Position numbers and translations under genes: made by a program. Shown in pieces: positions 18,801 to 27,336 of a stretch of 32,000 nucleotides of DNA; position 1 is the first letter of the stretch; every line of letters begins with the position of its first letter. This stretch comes from Mycobacterium leprae TN (lineage in GTDB: Bacteria; Actinomycetota; Actinomycetes; Mycobacteriales; Mycobacteriaceae). The stretch covers positions 930,001 through 962,000 of the forward strand of contig NC_002677.1 in NCBI RefSeq assembly GCF_000195855.1. The letters run 5' to 3'. The notes under the pieces were generated by a model. That model made no database searches, had not been told where the DNA came from, and saw only the letters and a program-made list of their open reading frames with translations.

Positions 18801-18889
18801 GAACTGTCACTTAATGTGATCCATATCATAAATTTGTTGATTGATCAATATGCGGGTTGGCGCTTCTGATATGGCTGCGCAGTTGAGAA

Positions 18890-19517
<628 letters not shown>

Positions 19518-19521
19518 ATGC

Positions 19522-20353
19522 TTAGGGCTGGGGGTAGCCCGGCCGGTTGGCCTCTTCCACCCTAGAGGTCGACGCTGAGTTTCCTGCTCGACACGCAGTT
19601 GTAGACCGACAAGTTGGTGACGCTGGACTCCACCAACACATCTTGCTTACAGCACGGAGTTGCAGGTGTATTTTTTGGGCCGGTTTGTTGAAGAGCGCGT
19701 AAGATACATCGGCATATACCTCGGGTTGCCCGAGTTCGCGCCATCGCCTCGTCGCCGCCAAGCAGGTTCTGCATCCCCGCGGGGGCCACCAGCGTGCGTG
19801 GCTACAACGTGTTTCGACGCGATACCGGCGTCACGCATCTTCTCAGCGATCCCGAGCGCGCACAGCGTTATGCCCAACCCCAACTTGGGATATCAAGTTA
19901 GGCCGTCGGTGTCAGCCACTTCTTGTTGTTGGGGCAGTATCGGCGGTGACAACGTTAGGATGTGCGGGTTCTTCTGGCGGTTCTTCGTGTGTGGGATGCA
20001 CGCTTGTGACGCCGTGGGCGTAATAGGAACATCGTTGATGGGTCCCAGGTTGATTGCTGACGGGTTGTTGACGCAGATATCGATGCCGCCGAACTGCTCG
20101 ACGGTCTTGGCCACCGCAGACTCGACGGAATCTAGGTTGCGGATGTCCCCGACGATCGGCAGTGCTTGGTCGCTCGTGTTCTCGAGCTCCTTGCCCACGG
20201 GGAAGACCGCGCCAGGCAGCTTGGACTGTGACTCGGCGGTCTCGACGATCAGGGCCATGCTGGCATCACCATGTGCAGCCCGTTTTGGCGGTCGCAAGGC
20301 CGATGCCGCGACTGGTGCCCGAGATGAACTATGGTCTTGCTATTGAGAGACAT
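19522..20353 (-). pseudogene. Short-chain dehydrogenase/reductase pseudogene (Rv3224-like)
   Basis: The ATG at 20353 gives 'MSLNSKT', followed by an immediate frameshift. Later pieces: 'LPIVGDIRNLDSVESAVAKTVEQFGGIDICVNNPSAINLG', 'NPHILTLSPPI', 'GITLCALGIAEKMRDAGIASK', 'NLLGGDEAMAR', 'DVLVESSVTNLSVYNCV', 'VEEANRPGYPQP*'. At least four frames are used. Confidence 0.8.
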
Positions 20354-20620
20354 GGCGTCACACTAAACGCCGTTTCCGATTTGGCTGGATTGTGGTACCT
20401 AACCCAGTTCGTTGATCATTGGCACTCGGAAATAGTCCGCTGGCCAGCGCTGTCCGGTGTCACTGCAACCAAAAGGGCCGGGTTAATCGAGACGGCGCGA
20501 GCCGGGTAGGAAGTTTTTCGAGCCTGGCCGCCAGAGGAGACCGATGACGAAAAGCCTACTGTGCGTTTTGAGCGCAAAGCGATTCCCGTGTGGGGTCAAC
20601 TCTAATGGTGGTGTACTGGG

Positions 20621-20638
20621 TATAACGCGTATAACGCG
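20621..20638. repeat. Perfect tandem duplication, 9 bp x 2 (tataacgcg), inside the sigH relic
   Basis: The copies are 20621-20629 and 20630-20638. In the SigH-like frame this duplicates 'ITR' ('GITRITRNP', against 'MTRNP' recalled for M. tuberculosis). Confidence 0.9.
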
Positions 20639-20831
20639 CAATCCCGTCGATGCCGAGGACCGTCTCCAGGAGGCGACGGTGACAGTCTACTCAGGTGTCG
20701 CTTGTTCCGCACGGGCATGAATCTCGAGGCGAGGCTATACCGGATGCTGAAGAACACGTGCTATCAACAGCTATGGCGAGAAGCAGTGGCAGCCAGGCGA
20801 CGAGATCACCGATTGGCAATTGGCGTCGAAC

Positions 20832-20869
20832 GCCGATCATTCCTTAGTCTGCCGATCATTCCTTAGTCT
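20832..20869. repeat. Perfect tandem duplication, 19 bp x 2 (gccgatcattccttagtct), inside the sigH relic
   Basis: The copies are 20832-20850 and 20851-20869. Conceptually removing one copy restores the reading frame '[41 protein letters not shown]'. Confidence 0.95.
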
Positions 20870-21150
20870 GGCTGTGCTCGGCCGAAGTCGAAGCTCTTGA
20901 GACGTTACTGGACATCGAGATCAAACGAGCGCTGCAGGCATTGCCAGAAAAGTTCCGAATGGCAGTCTACTAGGCTGACGTTGAGGGTTTCCCTGCAAGG
21001 AGATCGCCTAGATTTAGTATACCCCAATTGGGGGACTACGATGACGCGGCTTCATCGCGGCAGACGTCACTGTAGTGTTCAGTGTTCTTATTGTGGCCAA
21101 GGAGCGGGGTTTCGTCCACGTCTTGCAGGCTCTACCAAGGAGGTGTCGTC

Positions 21151-21453
21151 ATGAGTGAATTATCCGGTCCAGGCGCCGAGGACAGCGATTATCGCGATAG
21201 CGTCGGTTGCGCCGGAAGTATATTGTCAGGATTATGGCATCACTGCTTGACGGTGAATGCACCGCTGAGATTCGAGAGAGGTTGCGCGAACACATGGTAG
21301 GCATGCTCTGGATGCCTGAAGCATTGCGGGCTGGAAGAGCGGATCAAAGCATTGATCGCGACGCAGTGCAAAGGCAACAATGTTCCTGAAGGCCTACGGG
21401 AACGCCTCAAACGCGAGATCTGCAAAACTACCATCATCCATGATATACTGTAA
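21151..21453 (+). pseudogene. rshA: Anti-sigma-H factor RshA (ZAS family) pseudogene
   Basis: The ATG overlaps the sigH stop (ATGA). 'MSELSGPGAEDSDYRDS.GCAG' is in frame 1. 'LLDGECTAEIRERLREH' is in frame 3. 'ACSGCLKHCGLEERIKALIATQCKGNNVPEGLRERLKREICKTTIIHDIL*' is back in frame 1, preceded by a TAG. The HxxxCxxC motif is split by the shifts. Confidence 0.7.
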
Positions 21454-21837
21454 CAGTCACGTCCGGTTGTGATTTGTTGAGTTCTCCCGCAAGTGGAAGG
21501 TGGCAACTGCAGTCCTATAACACATAAATGCAGATGCGATGAGCATAGTAGCTAGGTTAAGACAGTTCGGTTGCCGTGGTTGACTTTGCTGCGTTTGCGT
21601 GTTGTGTTTCTTGTGGGCTTAGGGAAACCTCCGTTGTTGCCCCAAAATCTAGGGGATCGGCACCCATCATGTTGCTGGTCAGTGTCTCATGGTGTCGTTC
21701 TTGCAGTGTCTCACGGGGTGCCACTAGCCCACGTGTCGTCGTGACTCGATCTTATGGTTCGATATGTTATTGCGCCTGATCAAGCTTGAGATACCAGCAG
21801 CCAGCATGCGCCAGTGGCCGAAATGAGTGGAGTGAAG

Positions 21838-22053
21838 ATGGCCGAGGATGTTCGTGCCGAGATCGTGGCCAGTGTGCTTGAAGTCGTTGTCAGCGAGGGG
21901 GATCAAATCGGCAAAGGTGACGTCTTGGTTCTGCTGGAGTCGATGAAGATGGAGATCCCCGTCTTGGCTGGAGTTGCCGGCATCGTCAGCAAGGTGAGTG
22001 TCTCGGTGGGCGATGTTATTCAGGCCGGCGACCTTATTGCTGTGATCAGCTAG
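21838..22053 (+). CDS. Small biotinylated (biotin carboxyl-carrier-like) protein TB7.3 (Rv3221c-like)
   Basis: 71 aa from the ATG at 21838: 'MAEDVRAEIVASVLEVVVSEGDQIGKGDVLVLLESMKMEIPVLA..GDLIAVIS*'. It has the biotinyl-lysine 'SMKME' motif. The ORF-track start at 21814 adds 8 non-conserved residues. Confidence 0.9.
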   Translation: MAEDVRAEIVASVLEVVVSEGDQIGKGDVLVLLESMKMEIPVLAGVAGIVSKVSVSVGDVIQAGDLIAVIS

Positions 22054-22102
22054 CCGGTGGAGTCTTCGTACCTGCCGCCGAGAAACGTTCCGGGAGTGAC
22101 AA

Positions 22103-23605
22103 ATGTCTACTCTCGGTGATTTGCTTGCTGAACATACGGTGCTGCCGGGCAACGCCGTTGGCCACTTGCATGCGGTGGTAGGGGAGTGGCAGCTGCTTGC
22201 TGACCTGTCCTTTGCCGACTACCTGATGTGGGTCAGCCGTGATGACGGGGTGCTGGTCTGTGTGGCGCAATGCCGGCCGCATACTGCGCCGACGGTTCTG
22301 CAGACCGATGCTGTGGGTAGCGTCGCAAGCGCCGATATGCTGCCGCTTGTCACTGAGATGTTTACCTCTGGTGCCGTTCAGCATGAAGACGCTGCGGGTC
22401 AGCAGTATTCGTGGTTGCCATTCGGTCGGAACGTTGCGGCTTCTCCGGTGCGGTATGGTGACCAGGTGGTCGCGGTGCTGACGCAGCACCAAGTTGAACT
22501 GGCAGCGCGTCGCAGGCCCGGCAATTTGGAGATCGCCTACTTGGCGTGCGCCACGGATCTTCTGCACATGCTGGCAGAGGGCACTTTCCCCGACGTGGGG
22601 GACGTGGCGGTGTCGCACTCTACTCCGCGGGCAGGCGATGGTTTCATTCGCCTCGATCGCAACGGTGTCGTCGCCTTTGCCAGCCCCAATGCGTTGTCGG
22701 CGTTCCACCGTATGGGCCTGACTGCCGAATTGCAAGGCCGCAATCTGGTGAAAGTCACTCGGCCACTGCTGTCGGACCCCTTCGAGGCGCAGGAGGTGGC
22801 CAAGCATGTGCAGGACTTGCTGGACGGCGGACCGAGCATGCGAGTGGAGGTTAACGCCGGTGGGGCTACAGTGCTGCTGCGGACGCTGCCGTTGGTGGTG
22901 CATGGTTCGAGCGTGGGCGCGGCCGTGCTGGTCCGTGACGTCACCGAGGTGAAGCGCCGTGATCGTGCGCTGATCTCTAAGGACGCCACGATCCGGGAAA
23001 TACACCACCGAGTCAAGAATAACCTACAAACTGTCGCGGCGCTGCTGCGGTTGCAGGCCCGGAGGATGGCCAACGCCGAAGGGCGAGAAGCGTTGATCGA
23101 GTCGGTGCGACGGGTGTCGTCGATCGCATTGGTGCACGACGCGTTGTCGATGTCAGTGGACGAGCAAGTCAACCTTGACGAGGTCATCGATCGGATCCTG
23201 CCGATTATGAACGATGTGGCGTCGGTGGACAGGCCGATTCGGATCAACCGAGTCGGCAACCTGGGCATGCTGGATTCAGACCGTGCCACAGCACTGATCA
23301 TGGTGATCACCGAACTAGTGCAGAATGCGATCGAGCATGCATTCGATCCGGCGTCCCAAGAAGGATTTGTGGCGATTAGTGCTGAGCGTTCGGCGCGTTG
23401 GCTCGATGTTGTCGTGCACGACGACGGCCGTGGGTTACCTCAAGGATTCAACTTGGAACGGTCAGATAGCTTGGGCCTGCAAATTGTGCGCACCTTGGTG
23501 TCCTCCGAGTTGGACGGTTCGTTAGGCATGCGGAAAGCACCCAATCGTGGCACCGATGTGGTGCTGCGGGTGCCGATTGGCCGGCGGGCCCGGTTGCTGC
23601 TGTAG
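22103..23605 (+). CDS. pdtaS: Sensor histidine kinase PdtaS (GAF-PAS-HisKA_2-HATPase, Rv3220c-like)
   Basis: Intact 500-aa ORF with no TM segments. It has the H-box 'EIHHRVKNNLQTVAALLRLQ' and the ATPase boxes 'ELVQNAIEHAF', 'HDDGRGLP' and 'SLGLQIVRTLV'. Confidence 0.9.
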   Translation: MSTLGDLLAEHTVLPGNAVGHLHAVVGEWQLLADLSFADYLMWVSRDDGVLVCVAQCRPHTAPTVLQTDAVGSVASADMLPLVTEMFTSGAVQHEDAAGQQYSWLPFGRNVAASPVRYGDQVVAVLTQHQVELAARRRPGNLEIAYLACATDLLHMLAEGTFPDVGDVAVSHSTPRAGDGFIRLDRNGVVAFASPNALSAFHRMGLTAELQGRNLVKVTRPLLSDPFEAQEVAKHVQDLLDGGPSMRVEVNAGGATVLLRTLPLVVHGSSVGAAVLVRDVTEVKRRDRALISKDATIREIHHRVKNNLQTVAALLRLQARRMANAEGREALIESVRRVSSIALVHDALSMSVDEQVNLDEVIDRILPIMNDVASVDRPIRINRVGNLGMLDSDRATALIMVITELVQNAIEHAFDPASQEGFVAISAERSARWLDVVVHDDGRGLPQGFNLERSDSLGLQIVRTLVSSELDGSLGMRKAPNRGTDVVLRVPIGRRARLLL

Positions 23606-23608
23606 CGG

Positions 23609-23658
23609 ACTCGAAACAATGCGGCCCCGATATTATTATCAAGGTCGCACTGTTCCGA
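23609..23658 (-). terminator. Long imperfect hairpin between the convergent pdtaS and whiB1 3' ends
   Basis: The 17-nt arms are 23609-23625 and 23642-23658, with a 16-nt AT-rich loop. Three positions are A.C mismatches in the plus transcript but G.U wobbles in the minus (whiB1) transcript. No U-tract, so terminator function is uncertain. Confidence 0.25.
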
Positions 23659-23664
23659 GCTGGG

Positions 23665-23919
23665 TCAGACCCCGCTGCGGGCCTTTGTCCGGGTGTTCCG
23701 ACGTTTCAGCGCTCGCCGCTCGTCTTCACTCATGCCGCCCCAGACGCCCGAGTCCTGACCTGTGTTGAGGGCCCAGGCGAGGCACTCTGTGGTGACTGGG
23801 CACCGATTGCAGACCAGTTTCGCGTCAGCGATCTGCGCGATTGCCGGGCCGCTGTTCCCTACGGGGAAGAACAGCTCCGGATCCTCGTCGCGACAGACCG
23901 CCTTGTGGCGCCAATCCAT
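23665..23919 (-). CDS. whiB1: WhiB-family [4Fe-4S] transcription factor WhiB1
   Basis: 84 aa: 'MDWRHKAVCRDEDPELFFPVGNSGPAIAQIADAKLVCNRCPVTTECLAWALNTGQDSGVWGGMSEDERRALKRR..'. It has four Cys (C-x29-C-x2-C-x5-C), the 'GVWGG' turn and a basic tail. It matches my recollection of Rv3219 almost residue for residue. Confidence 0.95.
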   Translation of the reverse strand: MDWRHKAVCRDEDPELFFPVGNSGPAIAQIADAKLVCNRCPVTTECLAWALNTGQDSGVWGGMSEDERRALKRRNTRTKARSGV

Positions 23920-24076
23920 ACTTTGTTACTCCTTACCGTTTGCGCAGCAAAGCACACGGGATATTTTTCCTCGGCTGTCAACGTATGCACAAGAAAAGTT
24001 CCGTACCTCTACGCAATTGCGTGCAACCTTTCCATTCTTTCACAAAGGCAACATATGTCAATAGCAAGAGGTGGAT

Positions 24077-24092
24077 CGTGGGCAACCTCACT
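24077..24092 (-). promoter_or_regulatory. CRP/FNR-type site upstream of whiB1 (AGTGAGGTTGCCCACG on the whiB1 strand)
   Basis: It has the form GTGA-N6-CCAC, an imperfect match to TGTGA-N6-TCACA, 158-173 nt upstream of the whiB1 ATG. whiB1 is a known CRP (Rv3676) target in M. tuberculosis. A weaker half-site element, TGTGAAAGAATGGAAA, is at 24029-24044. Confidence 0.35.
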
Positions 24093-24099
24093 TTGACCG

Positions 24100-25050
24100 T
24101 CTGGCATCCACGTCCTTACATCGTTTTACTGAAATCGCCGCCGACTTCTTCCTACAACTATCTTACCAGGCATGCATCAGATACTTGGTTAGTACATTTC
24201 AGGTGCGGTTTTGGCGAGCGGAAGCGACGACCAGCGGCCCGTCCGAAAATCACCCGAAACGTCATGGTGTCACGCACGTCAAGATCATCCCCGTCGAACT
24301 GACTGGCGATTGGGGGCTTCAGTGGATGTGACTCGTAGGAACGGCACGTCATCCACGGTGATGAAGTGCTTGAACTTGGGCTGTTTGGTGAACATCTGTC
24401 GGACGATTCGCCAAGGTGGGGATCGGCTTCATGGTTGGTCGGAACGAACACGCTCAGCCCAGCGTCGAAGCTGCGTCCGGGAGTTGGTCCACACTGATCG
24501 GTCGTTCACGTAAATCCATAGACTCGAGTTGGACACGAAAGATTAAAGCCGACAACGGTTCTCGATTCACGGCCGGGAAGTTGCAGTGTAATAGGGTTAG
24601 GTTCACGGCACGTTTAGAGCCCCGTACGGGGCGGGTACTGCCGAGCGGCTATAGCGCCATGGTGTGACGTTGTCGCTCTTGTGGCGTCCGGCCTCGGCCG
24701 CGGCTACTATTTCAGTATCGACACCCAATTCCGGCGTTGAACACGGCCCACCTTTAGCCGTAGTCGACTTAGCTCTATGCGGCATCAAATCTGAGAACGG
24801 CCGGTAATCGTCGAGTAATTGGATGAGCTGGTTAGTGGCAGCGAGCGGGTCGCGAGAAAGGGGTCAGCACATTCGCCGAATTGCCAGGCGCCACGATGAC
24901 CACAGGCACCCGGACGGTGGCCCCTGGACCGGGTCTCGGGTACCGGTGTGGCCGAGTAAACCCCATTAGCCACTCCAGTTGACTGTGCCGTCGCCGCCTG
25001 TATGACGAGGTCCACTCTTAAAGTCTTCAATGGTTGTTTGTGTGCGAATT
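24100..25050 (-). pseudogene. Fragmentary coding relic in the position of Rv3218 (unknown function)
   Basis: There are only short minus-strand ORFs in different frames (24158-24451, 24603-24788, 24785-25030). The assignment rests on synteny between whiB1 and the Rv3217c-like membrane protein; I cannot recall the Rv3218 sequence to confirm it. Confidence 0.25.
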
Positions 25051-25319
25051 CTGTGCCTTAACCCCGTTTGTTGGTGTGCTCAACGGTGAGTTGAAGATCG
25101 CCTCTTGAGCGTGTGCGTCAGCAGGTCGTGATCGGTCGGTGTGGTCAATTTGGCTGTTGGGTTGACGATCAGCACGGCACGCATGAGCTTAGGGGCGGCG
25201 ACGATGTGGACCGTGTAATAGCGCTGCTTAGCAGCGGGGCGATCGTCGGCCCGTGTGACTACGCTGACGTTGTGACACTCCCACATAAGCGGGCGGTATT
25301 CTCGCGTGCTCCGGCTGCT

Positions 25320-25727
25320 GTGCGGGGCGCAGGACTAATTGTCGTGGTGCAAGGTGCAGTCGCGCTGGTGGTGGCTGCGGCGCTGGTGGTTCGCGGGCTC
25401 ACCGGCGCCGATCAGCGCATTGTTAACGGCTTGGGCACAGCGATCTGGTTCGTTGTGGTCGGCGTTGCGGTGCTTGCTGCCGGATGTGCGTTGCTGGTCG
25501 GCAAGCGTTGGGGTCGCGGTCTGGCGGTGTTCACCCAATTGCTGCTGTTACCTGTAGCGTGGTATCTCGTTGTGGGCTCGCATCAGTCGGCCTTCGGATT
25601 TCCAATGGGAATCGTGGCGCTGATCGCGTTGATATTGCTTTTCAGTCCACCGGCTGTGCGCTGGTCCGCAGGTGCCTATCAGCGTAGTGTGGCCAGTTCA
25701 GCTAATCGCAAGGCGGACAGTCGGTAG
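25320..25727 (+). CDS. Small integral membrane protein, 4 predicted TM helices (Rv3217c-like)
   Basis: From the GTG at 25320: '(M)RGAGLIVVVQGAVALVVAAALVV..', 'GLGTAIWFVVVGVAVLAAGCALLVG', 'GLAVFTQLLLLPVAWYLVVG', 'FGFPMGIVALIALILLFSPP'. The long upstream part of ORF 25113-25727 has no membrane character and no ATG. The choice of start is inferred. Confidence 0.6.
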   Translation: MRGAGLIVVVQGAVALVVAAALVVRGLTGADQRIVNGLGTAIWFVVVGVAVLAAGCALLVGKRWGRGLAVFTQLLLLPVAWYLVVGSHQSAFGFPMGIVALIALILLFSPPAVRWSAGAYQRSVASSANRKADSR

Positions 25728-26158
25728 GTGGCCCATTTTGCGCTCCGGATGTCTGCCGATCCCACTCAATACAACGCAATGGCAGCGGAGTTCCAGTTCA
25801 GCACCGCCCATGACAATCCGGTGTGGCTGTTGTCAAGGCATTCGGCTGCCAGCAGTGCACGAGCCAGGCCGCGCCGACGCAACCTCGTTCGTGCGAGCAG
25901 ATCCTTACAGATAGATGCTGGCAACGCTGTCCCATGTGGAGAAGTTACGGAACCATAGAGCCACCGCGGCGAGTTCACCGTCCACTTCGGTAACGTGCTT
26001 TTGAACCAGTTTAGTGAACTTCCAAAAAACGCTGCGGAAATTCGTGTTTCGCTAACAGTGCACTGATCGTCAACATGTTCGAATTCGGTAAATGCGTGGA
26101 TCATGGCCGTAATTTCTGAGGCGTTCTCCAGTCTGGTACAATGGGATTGCTAGGTCAT
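25679..26158 (-). pseudogene. GNAT-family (diamine-type) N-acetyltransferase pseudogene (Rv3216-like)
   Basis: The ATG at 26158 overlaps the entC stop (ATGA). Codon 3 is TAG (plus cta, 26150-26152). In the same frame come 'RLENASEITAMIHAFTEFEHVDD..', the acetyl-CoA motif 'RLRRRGLARALLAAE' and 'VLNWNSAAIALY'. A premature TGA follows at 25766, then the ancestral tail 'VGSADIRSAKWATYRLSALRLAELATLR*' ending at 25679. Confidence 0.7.
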
Positions 26159-27255
26159 TGCTTAACTCCCAACGCGTTCAGAATCGTGGCGAATTTCGCT
26201 GTGGTTTCATCAACTTCGTCATCGGGATCGGATTCGGCAACGATGCCTCCGCCAGCATGGGCGAAGGCGATGCGGCGGTCGGCCGATAGCTGAGCACAGC
26301 GGATGGATACCACCCAGTGACCGTCCCCCCTGGCATCGCACCAACCCACTGCTCCTGCGTAGAAACCGCGGTCACCTTCCAGCGCTGCGATAAGTTCGGA
26401 TGCGGCTTCCGCCGGTACCCCACCGACCGCTGGAGTGGGATGCAGCATCAAGGCTAAATCTATTGCTGTGATTGAGGTGTCGCGCAGCCGGCCGCTGATC
26501 GGTGTGCATAGGTGCCAGACTGCCGCGGTGCGGCTCAATTCCGGCTCGGGCGCGATCGTCAAGTTGTCGCACACTGGCTCTAGGGCAGCACGTATCGCGT
26601 CGATGACCAGCTGATGTTCGTGACGGTTCTTGATCGAGCCGGCCAGCGCGGCGCTGTTAGCGGAGTCGACTTCGGGGTTGGTAGCACGTGGGGCCGAACC
26701 GGCAAACGGCCGGCAGACTACACGGTCGCCGAAGCGCGAGACCAACAGTTCTGGGCTGGCGCCCACCAGGGCAACACCCGCGTACTGGCCGCCGGCTGCG
26801 GTCAAGTCGACGAGATATCCGTACGCGGTCGGGTCGGCTGTGACTAGCCGGCGCAGGATGGCGCGGCCGTCCAGTGGAGCGTCCGCGACCAGCTGCAATG
26901 CGCGGGCAAGCACTACCTTGTGTAGTGAGTTGCCAGGTGCGGTGAGTTGCTCGCGTGCGTTGCTTATCCAGACGCGGTAGTTGGCACGCGTTGGGACGGC
27001 GGCAGTGATGCGCAGGGTGGGTAGCGGGCCGGTCTGCCAGTTTGGCAGTGTATCGGTGCGCAGCACAGCACTAGGTGCCATCAGTGCGGCGGGGCTTTCC
27101 GCATCGAAAGGTAATGCACCCAACAGTATTGGCGTAACTCCAGAACGCAGTGCAGCTTGCGCTAAATACACATCGTCGTAGCGTGTGTGCACCCCGTCGG
27201 CAACTAGAGTCCCACGTGGTCCGCATAGTGCGAACGGTGGTTCGCTTGGTCTCAT
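26155..27255 (-). CDS. entC: Isochorismate synthase (EntC/MenF-type, Rv3215-like)
   Basis: 366 aa from the internal ATG at 27255 ('MRPSEPPFALCGPRGTLVADGV..'). Chorismate-binding signatures: 'NRHEHQLVID', 'LHPTPAVGGVP', 'DRGFYAGAVGW', 'AGGGIVAESDPDDE'. The 577-aa ORF in the track extends upstream only because the decayed gpm2 relic happens to be open in this frame. Confidence 0.85.
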   Translation of the reverse strand: MRPSEPPFALCGPRGTLVADGVHTRYDDVYLAQAALRSGVTPILLGALPFDAESPAALMAPSAVLRTDTLPNWQTGPLPTLRITAAVPTRANYRVWISNAREQLTAPGNSLHKVVLARALQLVADAPLDGRAILRRLVTADPTAYGYLVDLTAAGGQYAGVALVGASPELLVSRFGDRVVCRPFAGSAPRATNPEVDSANSAALAGSIKNRHEHQLVIDAIRAALEPVCDNLTIAPEPELSRTAAVWHLCTPISGRLRDTSITAIDLALMLHPTPAVGGVPAEAASELIAALEGDRGFYAGAVGWCDARGDGHWVVSIRCAQLSADRRIAFAHAGGGIVAESDPDDEVDETTAKFATILNALGVKQ

Positions 27256-27336
27256 TTGTTCGGCTCTCTCCTGCGCCACTGGGCGGCGTTTGTCGTCGTC
27301 ATTGTTGATGTTCACCCGGGTGCGACCGGTCGTGGC

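Larger units (their letters stand above)
20440..21154 (+). pseudogene. sigH: ECF sigma factor SigH pseudogene
   Basis: Lesions and matching pieces, in order:
- the start codon position reads CTG
- 'PPEETDDEKPTVRFERKAIPVWGQL*' (Tyr codon changed to TAA)
- 'GGVLGITRITRNPVDAEDRLQEATV'
- '[16 protein letters not shown]' followed by a 19-bp duplication frameshift
- '[32 protein letters not shown]', with in-frame TAGs
- 'TMTRLHRGRR'
- C-terminal '..EVSS*'. Confidence 0.85.

Noticed and set aside
19660-20346. Plus-strand 228-aa ORF
   Set aside because: It is antisense to the SDR (Rv3224-like) pseudogene, and it is low-complexity and Cys/Arg-rich.
22046-23310. Long minus-strand ORFs (22046-23008, 320 aa; 22537-23310, 257 aa) overlapping pdtaS
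   Set aside because: They are antisense shadow ORFs typical of GC-rich coding DNA. They are Arg/Ser/Pro-rich with no recognisable motifs, whereas the plus-strand frame carries complete histidine-kinase signatures.
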